Origin: Lepidodermella squamata
Taxonomy: Eukaryota; Animalia; Gastrotricha
Assembly (NCBI GenBank): GCA_047495785.1
Contig: JBLDXI010000043.1
Span: forward strand, 558,001-622,000
Direction: 5' to 3'
DNA length: 64,000 bases
Shown here: in pieces, positions 49,001 through 60,011 of the stretch
Position numbering within the stretch: position 1 is the first letter of the stretch
Layout: the number at the start of each line of letters is the position of its first letter
Position numbers and translations under genes: made by a program
The notes under the pieces: generated by a model
What the model was told of the DNA's origin: nothing
The model's input: the letters and a program-made list of their open reading frames with translations, nothing else
Database searches by the model: none

Positions 49001-49102
49001 TATTCGGTTATTGTTTAGATTTCCCTTGGACTGACCTACGCCGACCCGGTCACGTGCTACACCGAAATTCGACGGATTGTCGTTCCCGATGACCAAGTCT
49101 AA
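46036..49102 (+). CDS. Secreted inactive astacin-like / EGF / CUB / kringle / Cys-rich-tail protein, paralog 3
   Basis: Signal peptide; IENSTCVNF; IVSQILFSLGLTYELRRPDRDQYVKF (exon at 46846); LSHYDIYKLNMRFNC; CQNGGFPNP; TPNYPN; six-Cys kringle ECRIT...DYEG...CGRW...CRR...C...C...C. Confidence 0.85.
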
Positions 49103-50349
49103 TAGCGACAACGCCAACCATCAACAGCCAACTTCAGATTAAATCAGATGATATGATGTTCTGTTCCATTTAACGTTTACTTTCAACCACCAAATCCATT
49201 CATGACCGCTATAGGTAAAACAAAACTATTTATTGTAGAGGATATTTTTTATGTTACCTCTTTGTGCTGAATAGCAATCGCGTATGCTCCATTCTGTTAA
49301 AATAAAATACGGAATCTCGTGGTTGATGCATGAAATATGAAGTCCCGACCGGTAGACATTTACTAAAGGCTTCGGCACGCAGCCCTGTGACCTCAGATGA
49401 AAATCTGTCCAGTTTGTAGCATCACCTTGGATCCGGCTCTTGTTCGGTACATGTTGGGGTCTAAGTCTGCCGGTTGCCGGTTGGGTCAGGTCGTCGGTTG
49501 GGTTTGGGTCGCTTAAATTCCAGCCGATTGACCGGTAAATTGAAATTTTCAGCATGAAAGCACCAAATTTAAATAATTGTACGCGGTAGATAGTGAAAAT
49601 CACGCGAACAATTCTTCGTGGCAGGCTTAGAAAGGAAGCTTTTATCAACAAACTGTGGCCTGCGCCAATTGGTTTGTAGAATTTTGGTGATTCATAGTGG
49701 TTGAAAGACATTTTGAACTATAAAGGGGGCCATTGCATGTTTCACGCTTTTTTTTTGGTAAACAAAAAAGCCGGTTGGGTCGCCGGTCGGGTTAGGGCGC
49801 GAGTTTTCCTGACCTGTTTCCACCTCTACAGCTTCTCTCTTTTCCCATTTTTTACCTCATTTGATCATCAATTATGATTAACTGTCTTGTTTTTGATCTT
49901 CAAACCGTTGAAATAGATTGTCCCCAACTCGCCGCCAGCGGAAGCCTATGTTGGGGAAGCCAGTTTCATGGCAGACGACCTTTATTCAGGATTTGAATAA
50001 AAACAAGTAGCCGTTTCTACGTTCCTGTTTATACATGCCAACCATAATTACATGTGCCAACCCTTTTACCATAAGTGGACAAAATAAGTCACATAGACTT
50101 AGCCCTATAATTCAATATCAACCTTTCACTTTGCTTTGACATTTTTCTTTTCCACTCAACATGTGGTTGCAAAAAGACTGAACTATTGCCGGGCACGACG
50201 ATCGGATTTTATTAGCAATCATATCAACTTCATCACTTGCGTGTTCACTTTTCACATTCAACTCGATGATTCCTAGCTGAGACATTGTAAAAATAACCTA
50301 AGATAGCATGCGCTTTTTACAACACGGCAAGCGACACAAAAATAAAGAT

Positions 50350-50371
50350 AGAGAGAGAGAGAGAGAGAGAG
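50350..50371. repeat. (AG)11 microsatellite in a 3' UTR
   Basis: Perfect dinucleotide run. Confidence 0.95.
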
Positions 50372-50409
50372 TGCAAAGATTCAGCTTAAGCTACGACAGC
50401 CTCCTCGAT

Positions 50410-51246
50410 TTACTTGCCGTTGTTGCCGTTCCAGCTGACAGCCATGTTGTTGGTGTTCCAGTTGGCCCAGTTCGAGGCATCGTTGAACGTCGGGACACCG
50501 ACAACGACAGGCTGAGCGACCCAGGTCGTCTGTGCGACCCATGTCGTCTGGGCGACCCAGTTCGTCTGGACAACAGGCTGGGCGACCCACGCCGGCTGAG
50601 CGACCCACGCTGGCTGAGCGACCCAGTTGCTGTTGTCAGTCCAGGTTGGGGTGACCCAGTTGGTCCATGTCTGGGTGCGGCGCTCCTCAGCCCAGCGGGG
50701 GAACGACAGGACGGGGCAGGTCGACCATGCGCCACCGCGGACCGAACGCCACGTCTGGCCACCGATGATCCACTGGCCCTTGTCAGCCGGAGCTGTCAAC
50801 ATGTTGTTGCTGTTGTCGTAGTAGCCAGAGTTGTCGTTGTTGTTGGTGTTCCAGTTGACGTTCGCGTTGGCGTTGCTGCCATCCCAGTTGGCGTTGGCAT
50901 TGACGTTAACGTTGCCGTTGTTGCCGTTGTTGTTCCAGTTCGACCACGTGTTGGTGTTGAGACGGTCGCCGGTCCAGGTGGGCCAGTAGCCGTAGACGGC
51001 GCGCGAGCTGCGGCCGTCGCTGTTCCACTTGGGCTGTTTGCACGACAGAATGGGCCCGACGAATCGGTCCTGCCAGTTGTAGATGATACCGCTGTACGCG
51101 ATGATCAGACAGATGTTGATGAGGGTGAAGGCGAGCGAGACGATCAACAGCGTCATGTGGCTGATTCCGACGTCGACTATAATCAAAATTGATTTCAAAT
51201 TTCAATCGATCAATCAGCCATAATCATCGATAGATGACTTACCCAT
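50410..51246 (-). CDS. Trp/Asn-rich signal-anchored repeat protein A, 256 aa (exons 51243-51246 and 50410-51176)
   Basis: ATGG|GTAAGT micro-exon; N-terminal hydrophobic helix; NWN repeats; six WVAQ repeats; strong C/G third-position bias; paralogous to B, C and D. Confidence 0.85.
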
Positions 51247-53214
51247 TTTTGCAGATGGATGGGGCTCTGTTTTTTCTCGGTGTTTGTAAGTGAGTGTGTC
51301 TACTTACACGAAAATGTAGCTGGAATGAGGCGGCGAGGCGAGCCGCGAGCCGCCATATGAGGCGACACGGCGCTGTGTTGTGGATACTTTTCAGCACCGC
51401 TGTCATGGCTCGCCTCCATGGCGCATTCAGCCGCGCCATCGCCTAGGAGCGATTGAGCCGAAAAAACGCGTCGTTAAAAACACCCCGCGCCCAGTCAGGT
51501 GGCCTCGTCGTCTCTTCGCTTCACGCTGCCTTCGTCAATGAAACGGGGTCGTCGCTGTTTTAGACCACCACGCCAGGTGTTGACTGGCGATGGGCGATGA
51601 TGGCAAGGTGGTACACTATCATTATTAAAAACTTGCCAAGTACACTCGTTTTAGACGCAGGCAATTAAGACACTTCAAGCCCGAGTAGTAACACTTTTCG
51701 AATACAAAAAGCATCAGCATAGCAGAGGGGGAAAGCAATGTTTTGAAATTATCGTCAATAACCGCTGAGTGTCTGTCGAGCTTGACTGACTCAGAGCTTC
51801 GAGCATCGCGTCTTGTAAAAAAAGCACCACTCCTTATTTCCGATAGTGTAAGAATCGAGAAAATTCAGTGTCCACGTTGCATTAAATGCATTAGTTTCCA
51901 GCGCACAAGCTCGGTTACAATAGAAATGAGGATCGAGATATCAGCAGCAGAGTTACATGGTATGTAATAGGTTCATTCTACATCCCGCGAAAAGGAATGA
52001 CTTTTATTTTTCGCATTCATGACAAGACCTTCAACGCGTTCGAAGGAAAGGACGATTTCGGAATTTCGACTTTGAAAATGCGCAGAAAATTGAATTTGAT
52101 GAATTCTTGATCGCCCTGAGGAATATTTTGAGGAATAATGCTTTTAAATGTTGGCTACAAGGTTTTAAAGCCAGGACACCGTTATCTTGCATGGTCAGGA
52201 CATACTTGCAGTTCGAACGTATTCAACCTGAGATTGAAATTTCGATTTTTTTTTCAACTTGAAATTTCATAGGTTTCTGATCATTGTTTGATCCAACAAA
52301 AAATACCAAAGTGTCTGCCTTAGTCTCATTGACCCCTGTGTAAATTCGAGTTGGAAATAAAAGATGGCGACGCTATTGAACTTCAATCAAACCGGCCGAA
52401 TTCGTCCTATCCGCCAGGACTTATACAGGCGGAGTGCGTGATTTTTGTGCTGCAAAAACTGTCGCGAGAAAAACTAGAAACGCTGAATTCAGATCTAAAT
52501 GCTGAGCCTCCAAAACTTGTTTAAACAAAACTTTTTCGGTGATATAAGTGCGGGAGAAACTTCATAGGAGTAATTTAAAATCGAAAACTCCAAAGCTGAA
52601 GGCGCCCGACACAGAAATTAGGGTGCTCGAAAAATCGACTGAAATCAGCTGGGCGGATAGGACGATTTCGGCGAGTTTTTGTACAGCCTTAACGGTGATA
52701 GATAAAGACAAACGGATTTCAAAATCGTGGCCTTCGAAATCTCCTAGAATTGCCGTCAACATTTTTTTCTACTGCAGATAAATAATTCTGCTATGAAAGG
52801 GTTAGGATGGTCTTTTCAGCCAAATGAACGAACAAGGAATGAGTTAATTGAGGTTGCTTTCCTCGATGTATCTCCGTTAAACATTGTGTGGGCCCTGCTT
52901 ATTAACACATAAAGTCCAACTTCACGCTCAACAACCTGTCTCACCTCATCTCCCCGTTGCCCTTCCTAAAAGCGAAAGTTTGATTAATATTTTTTTAAAC
53001 TAAAAAAGGAATCAGTGCGCTGCAGCATACTACTCGGCTGCTGTAATTGAGAAAGTAGTCCCAACCTTTCCTAGTCTCGCGAGACAGACGCAGACGAAAC
53101 TGCGGTAATAACAGGAGTCGCATTGTTAAAAGCAAACTGTAAGTTTATTTAATTCAAAAGCCCATCAGCACCAGCACCATAGTACTGCTTTCGTTGCATC
53201 ACATCACGTTTCTC

Positions 53215-53720
53215 TCATTGTTCGACTATCCATTTTCGCTTAACTATGCGGGGGAAAGCCAGAACAGGGCACGTCGACCACGCGCCGCCTCGCACCGACC
53301 GAAACTCCTGCCCGCCAATGATCCACTGGCCCGTGTCAGTCGAAGGTGTCATTATCAAAAAGTCATTCCAGCCAATGTTAAATCGGGCGTAATTGGCATT
53401 GTCGCCACTCCACGCCGATGGCGAGTTCGGTTCCATCCGGTCTTCCGCCCACGTGGGCCAGTAGCCGTGGGCCACGCGCTGCGTTCGACCCTCGCCGCTC
53501 CACTTGGGCTGTTCGCAGCTGAGGACTGGCCCGACGAATCGGTCATGCCAGTTGTAGATGATACCGCTGTACGCGATGATCAGACAGATGTTGATGAGGG
53601 TGAAGGCGAGCGAGACAATCAACAGCGTCATATTGCTGATTCCGAATTGACCTGATTACATGAACCATTATTTCAATTCATGGCTTTCAATCGATTATCA
53701 CGACGGAATTACTTACCCAT
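53215..53720 (-). CDS. Trp-rich signal-anchored protein B, 146 aa, core only (exons 53717-53720 and 53215-53651)
   Basis: Same micro-exon and conserved core (WHDRFVGPVLSC...QWIIGGQ...SVRGGAWSTCPVL) without the repeats. Confidence 0.82.
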
Positions 53721-54522
53721 TTCGAGGGTAAACTGTTTGCAACTTTATATGTGTATCAATGTGGCCTTGCACCAAAGCCGAGAGCGTATTGATGCCACAC
53801 CGTCGCCTAGGAGCTATTTTGAGAGTCTCGTCAAAAGCAAGAAAAAAGAAAGAGGGTAAAGATGACCGGGAGAGTCTTAAAAAATACATGGCCCTAGTCC
53901 AATGGTCGTTTAGTCGCTTCAGATTTTCCTCGAGATTTCTTGGCAATTGAGCCTTAAACATTAAACAACTGGCGACGAGCCCATGCACGATACATTATTA
54001 CTGTGACTTTCATGATTCAAAACTGCTTCTGACCACAAGCCCTAATTCGGAAAACAAGTTAATAGTCCTAAATTCCAAATAGCATTTAAAGTTCATTCAT
54101 TTTATTATCGGACATTTTATTGTGTTACAGAGTTTCTGCGTCAATAACAGTTTACTTTCGAGTTGCCACTAACGCAACCAAAGTAAATTAATAGCTAGTG
54201 AAACTTCGTGAAATTCTGATTTGATTTCACATCTGATTATAAATTATATACCAATTCAGAAACAAGTCTGCAAGTGGCATGGGCACGGCGATAGTTTTTT
54301 ATTTTTGAAGCATTTTTCACTGTCTGTTTCATGTCATCATCATCAACAAGCGCAGTTAAAATCGTCCACCAGCGTCACAAAAGCCTGTGTTTCCACTCAA
54401 GGTAGGCTCACGAGAACACGAAAGAAGCTACAACACAGAGAGATTCAAGAAAAAATAGAGAAATTTCCTATAAAATGAGATGAGAAGATGCAGGAAGCGA
54501 GCGGTCGAGCGAGCGAGGATCT

Positions 54523-55364
54523 TTACTTGCCGTTGTTGCCGTTCCAGCTGACAGCCATGTTGTTGGTGTTCCAGTTGGCCCAGTTCGAGACATCGTTGAA
54601 CGTCGGGACACCGACAACGACAGGCTGAGCGACCCAGGTCGTCTGCGCGACCCATGTCGTCTGGGCGACCCAGTTCGTCTGGACAACAGGCTGGGCGACC
54701 CACGCCGGCTGAGCGACCCACGCTGGCTGAGCGACCCAGTTGCTGTTGTCGGTGTAAGGAACGGCGCCGCTCCAGCCGGCCCAGTTGTTGTTCGTGTTGA
54801 CCCAATTGGTCGACGGCTGCGTGCGGGTCTCGGCCCAGCGCGGGTACGACAGGACGGGGCAGGTCGACCACGAGCCGCCGCGGACAGACGTGAAGGTCTG
54901 GCCGCCGACGATCCACTGGTAGGCGGCGTTGTAGGTGCGGGCGGTGGCCGCGTCGATGTAGTTGTTGTTATTGTTGTTGTTGGTGTTCCAGTTGACGTTC
55001 GCGTTGGCGTTGTTACCATTCCAGTTGGCGTTGGCATTGACGTTGCCGTTGTTGTTCCAGTTCGACCACGTGTTGGTGTTTCCGTTGTAGTCATCACCGG
55101 TCCAGGTGGGCCAGTAGCCCCAGGCGACGCGCTGTGTGCGGCCGTCGCTGTTCCACTTGGGCTGGTCGCACTTGAGGACGGGTCCGACGAAGCGGTCCTG
55201 CCAGTTGTAGATGATACCGCCAGTCGCGATGATCAAGCAGATGTTGATGAGGAAGAACGCGAGCGCGATAATCAACAGCGTCATGTGGCTGATTCCGACG
55301 TCTAAATCGAAATCGATCGAATAATAATCGAAAAATCACTCAGGCACTCAGTTGACTTACCCAT
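54523..55364 (-). CDS. Trp/Asn-rich signal-anchored repeat protein C, 260 aa (exons 55361-55364 and 54523-55301)
   Basis: Same architecture as A; C-terminal coding region nearly identical to A. Confidence 0.85.
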
Positions 55365-55728
55365 TTTTTCGGTTTCTTAGCTGTTTCTCACAGGAACACA
55401 GGAGTGTAAAAATGTGCGAAATTCGGCTGTATGGCGGCGGCTGCGGCAAAGTACGCGTTTTTGAAGGCGCCCGCGTTGCCTGGCGGCCGCGTGAAAGGTA
55501 TCCGCGGCCTTTCACGCGCGTCCCCTAGTCGACTGGCGTTTGTTTTCGCTACGCTGCATTCAGCGCCCGTGGCAGCGCGCCGCGCGTCGCCTAAACAAGC
55601 CGGCGACTTAAAACGCCGTGTAAGCCCGCCCTGCCGTGCCATATCGCCAAAAACCTTGTATCACACTGGTTTGCATTTTGCATCAGTTATATCATAACAA
55701 GCGGTAAAAAAACCAACACCACTCAGCA
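55365..55728. promoter_or_regulatory. Probable bidirectional promoter between genes C and D
   Basis: 364 bp between divergent ATGs; CpG-rich; carries TCGCCTA-like motifs also seen upstream of A and B. Confidence 0.55.
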
Positions 55729-56132
55729 ATGGGTAAGTAAAATCACTGCAACATGCCTATTTGTTTATTCGATTTCGCTATTCCCTAACAGAGACCACCC
55801 TGATCCAAGCCATCACCGCCATCGCCATCATCCAGTTCGTGTTCGTGCTGTCGACCGGTGTCATCGTGTTCTACTGGCAGGACAAGTTCTGGGGCCCGTA
55901 CCTGCGCTGCGAGTCGATCAAGTACGACTGCTCTGACAACCGCGACACCCGCACCAACACCTGGACCAACTGGAACACCAACACCAACTGGAACACCAAC
56001 GGCAACTGGAACTCGTGGAACAACCAGCCCGTCGCCCAGCCAACCGTCTTCTCGTCGTCGTCTGGCTCCGTGTCGATCACCAACAACGGCGACTCGTGGT
56101 CCAGCTCGTGGAACACCAACCAGGGCAAGTAA
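55729..56132 (+). CDS. Trp/Asn-rich signal-anchored protein D, 114 aa, divergent member (exons 55729-55732 and 55792-56132)
   Basis: ATGG|GTAAGT micro-exon; TM then WQDKFWGPYLRC; NWNTNTNWNTNGNWNSWNN; VAQP; ends SWNTNQGK; AATAAA at about 56350. Confidence 0.82.
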
Positions 56133-57696
56133 ATCGCTGCGCAAGGTTATTTGCCACCTTTTGCCTTCAACCTTCTGAATCTTTCCTTCTGCTTCTTCTT
56201 CTGGACTTCTCTTCGAATCGACTCGGCATGAAACAAATTAGGCGACTTGATCATACCTGATGCGTTCACGTAATCTATTTTTGTGTCTGTCTCATCGATC
56301 TCCTTGTTTATTATCAGTTATTTCAACAAATCATTGTAAATCATTTAAAAATAAAACAACGGGCACGACGGTATTCAACACCAGACTTTTTGTTATATAC
56401 TGCTATTCCGGGTGTTAAAAACTGCATTCATTGAGGGATCATATGGAGAAGCTCCAGCGCGTCCTTGGCAACCGCGCGCACACACACAGAAAAAAAAACA
56501 AACAAGTGGGTTGCCAGTTTTCCAGTTTTCACGTCTGTTATTTTGCTCCAAATCTGTCGTTGCTTAGTTACCATTCATTCCAAAGTAAACAGTACTATCA
56601 ATTAGTCCTATTTCCATAGGCGATCGTCACCTGAGCCCGTGGTTTGATTTCACGCTTCAATGGCCTCAACCACGTGCCCAGGTCATCGTTTAAAGAAAGC
56701 CACCCCTTGCTACCAAGGAGACAAAATTAGGCCGTCAATTCACCTGGTTTATTTGCCGTTCTAGCCGAGATACCGCACTAAACGCTCATATCCATGCTGA
56801 AAAATCCCTAAATGACAAACAACAAATAAAGAAGCGATTTGAATTAAGAAAAGAAGAAAATACGATGTCCTCACTCTGACTCACTAGAGTACGGCGCATC
56901 TTTCCACTCTTCTCGTGAATAGCAGGGAGCATTACAGATTACAGACTTTCCGGACTTTGAACATACCGGATGTGCTAACGAAGCGGAAAATTTACGAGCT
57001 GTGAGCTATTACTATTATTCATCTCATCATCCGTGAAGTCGCCATTTAAGTACTTAATTCAACATATCAAAAAGCCAGCATTTTCTCATTTTTTCAGCAA
57101 TCCTTGCGTATTGTGTATCTAGTGGGCGAATTGCTCACTTGAGTGATCAGTAAAAAAACTGCAGTTAGCAAAATATCAGATTTTTTTGTTCGTCCGTCGA
57201 GATTTCAGCCTGCTCTCAACTGATACTGTGGTGACGGCACGTGTGAAAATCGACATCATATCGTCTTAGAATAGAAAAAACGGCGGTGTCAAGAGCGGTC
57301 ACTCTCGATTTGCTGCAATATTAGGCGTAAAAACAAACGCATTTGTGCTGCTACTGCAACTGAAGAAGCGGCATCAGGCACATCGCACTGGCGCGTCTCG
57401 AGTGCACCGCATCGCATCGCAGATAATAATACAAGGCGTGTTTTTTCTGTCTTAATACTACTACGACTTGTGGCTGGGTTGCTGGCTGGTCGCTGGTCGG
57501 TAAACACACCATCACGGCTGGTTGTTGAAACAGAGGCTAGGCGGGTGGTCAGCTCGAATTTCACTGTTTTTTATTACTACCAATTACAACCTGCCATATC
57601 GCACCGTCCTTTGTTCTAACCGGTCTCTTGTCTCTTTATGCAACATCGCCGTATCTGGGCGTTTCCAAGGCTAGAACGAAACCCGTTGAAAGCGCC

Positions 57697-58740
57697 ATGC
57701 AGTTGATACCAGCATTGCTACTTGTGCTTCTTCTTCCGATCGAAGCGGCAATCGCTGCCACAGCCGAAGCGTGGTTGCTATCCAGTTCAGATTCCGCCCT
57801 AATCAATTTCGGATCCGATCAAGATCAGCGACTCTGTAACGGCGTTTTCGCAATTTCAGCATTTCGCACTAAGGAATTCAGGCCTAACCCTGAGACACAG
57901 CCATGTCACGCTGCATTCGTCAATCCTAACAACCGTCCCGAGTTATCACTCGCTGTTTTAGTCACCCCGCAATCGGAAGAAGAATCAGACGAAGCTTGGC
58001 GGGTTGAAATCGCCGGTGTGCGGGCGTCAAACCCGCAGGCATCACCTGTGCCACTTTTCGACTCGGATGACATTGACGATATCAAATCGTCTCAATTCAT
58101 CTCACTTTTACCTGTTTCTTTAGTCTCACCCGCAACTCTAGCTGTTAAGATCGAACAATCTGAGCGGAAAGGCTTGTCAAATTTCGATTATTCAATCAGT
58201 ATAATCGCCCAAATTGATCAGGACGGAAATTGCCCGCAAGATATGCCAAACGTTTTCGACCACTGCCCCGAGTTAGGTCTATGCCTGCCCGAGGCCTTGC
58301 TCTACGCGGCGATGTGGAACGGCTCGGCATCTCTGGCTGACTTCTGCCGAACTCCGCCGAAAGAACACATCCTAACAGCGATTATACCAATGTCGAACGA
58401 CGCGATTTGCAGTTTGGTCACTCTGATCCTCTACGCTGTAGTTGGATTGCTCACTGTTGCGATTGGGTTGAGAGTGGTCCGTCTTTCGAGATGTGTTTTT
58501 ACGAAAATTATGACGGTGAAATCTCAACCGAACAGCCGGAGGATGTCGCGGCAGAACTCGATACCTCAACAATTGATGGAAGACGTGGCGGCAAAGGTTG
58601 TCAGTCTCAAGAGCGTAGTCGCTACGTTGACGCACCGGAAAGTGGAACCGGAACCTGTCAATGATGCAGAACCTGAAGCCGAATTGCCTAACGATGACGG
58701 TGATGAGGATCACGCAGGAGAGGAAGAGGAAGATGAGTAA
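57697..58740 (+). CDS. Single-pass type I membrane protein with a divergent CUB-like and a degenerate LDLa-like region; acidic tail; intronless
   Basis: Signal peptide MQLIPALLLVLLLPIEAAIA; LCNG...PCHAAF; CPQD...HCPELGLCLPEAL; TM ICSLVTLILYAVVGLLTVAIGL; domain names are inferred. Confidence 0.7.
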   Translation: MQLIPALLLVLLLPIEAAIAATAEAWLLSSSDSALINFGSDQDQRLCNGVFAISAFRTKEFRPNPETQPCHAAFVNPNNRPELSLAVLVTPQSEEESDEAWRVEIAGVRASNPQASPVPLFDSDDIDDIKSSQFISLLPVSLVSPATLAVKIEQSERKGLSNFDYSISIIAQIDQDGNCPQDMPNVFDHCPELGLCLPEALLYAAMWNGSASLADFCRTPPKEHILTAIIPMSNDAICSLVTLILYAVVGLLTVAIGLRVVRLSRCVFTKIMTVKSQPNSRRMSRQNSIPQQLMEDVAAKVVSLKSVVATLTHRKVEPEPVNDAEPEAELPNDDGDEDHAGEEEEDE

Positions 58741-60011
58741 GAAAACGGGTCAAGACTGCAATCAATCAACCAATCAATCAGCAGTACGCACCACACTTTT
58801 AGTTTATATAGAAGTACTCTCATGTTTGTACACACTGACATAAAATAAAAGCTGTGTTTTCTAAATGTTGCCTTTTTGCTACGACGATTGGCGATGATTT
58901 CACGCCAGATGATTTCAGAGAGACGGGAGAAAGCTGCCGTCGTGCACTTTGGTGCATCCAAAGTTTTTGTTGCGGATAGAAAAAACACACAGGCCGCATG
59001 TTTATCGCATTGTTATGCCTGCGCGCAGCAATCAATCGATCGCGCGCTCTTTTAACGTTAAACGCGAGCGAGCGCGCGACTGCTGCTGTGTCCCGCCGGC
59101 CCGCGCCAATTACCGGCGCCGCTGCTATGCTATGCTATCTATCCATCTGATGATGATGATGTCGATGATTGTGATGATGATGATGATGATGGCGATTGAT
59201 GTTACTTACTTATGAGGAGGACAACCATCGAAAGCGATCTGCCGAGAATTGCGGCCAGGCCCGCCTAAAATATGCGCCAGCCAATTAGCAGCGCTGGTTA
59301 GCAGACTGCTCGAGTTACCATACTCATCATCATCGTCGCCACAGCACTTGTCCTTATTTTTGCTCGCTGTAAATCACTCGCCATAAATAAAAACGTCTTG
59401 CCAAAAAATTGTCCGTCATTCCCGCGCACATACACACTGAGTCTTTCTATGCCCTGCGCCTTGTGTGACCTCCTAGCCTGCCCAAGTTCCCAATTTTCAA
59501 GTGCATCTAAAATAAGTTCAAGCCTTTGGTTAGCTTTCGCTTTTTCAAACTGACTCACTGTAAATTGCTTGCGCGAGACCTGTTAGAACAATCGCAATAA
59601 ATTCAATATCGTGAGAAATTTCCGGTTCCCGAGATTTCCCAACCCAAGAAATAACCTAATCTTGTCCTGCTTGGTGCTTAAGCCGTGTATAGTGCGGTAT
59701 TATAGTACGATAGCTCTTGCAATTTCAGCGTTTTTTGATAGCTCTTCGATAGCCTCGAGCATTGACAGATGCTAATTCTATTACTCCTTAGAACGAGCAC
59801 TTCAATTTCAAAACAGCAATTCCAGTATTACACTAATCAATTGCATTGGCAAACGCCTTCGTTATTTCTTATTTGATCAGCTCGACATTTTTTGCTTCTT
59901 GAGTCTTGAGCGAGAAAAGATGTCTACCGGAGTTGAGAGAATTCACCCTTTCCAGGATAAGCGATTCTAAGGCTACTAAGGGTTTTAAGGGTAAAAAGAA
60001 TAATTGCTTAT

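Noticed and set aside
49230-49950. GGGTCG/CCGGTTGGGT-rich stretch and a 161-aa minus-strand ORF suggestive of a decayed hAT element
   Set aside because: No convincing TIR pair with a TSD could be identified, and the ORF has no protein-like features
50308-51192. 294-aa plus-strand ORF and other overlapping ORFs across the Trp-rich genes
   Set aside because: Antisense or alternative-frame shadows of GC3-biased repetitive coding sequence; splice signals, polyA signals and paralog conservation support the Trp-rich frame
59148-59200. (ATG)n run giving a poly-Met ORF
   Set aside because: Imperfect trinucleotide microsatellite with no coding support
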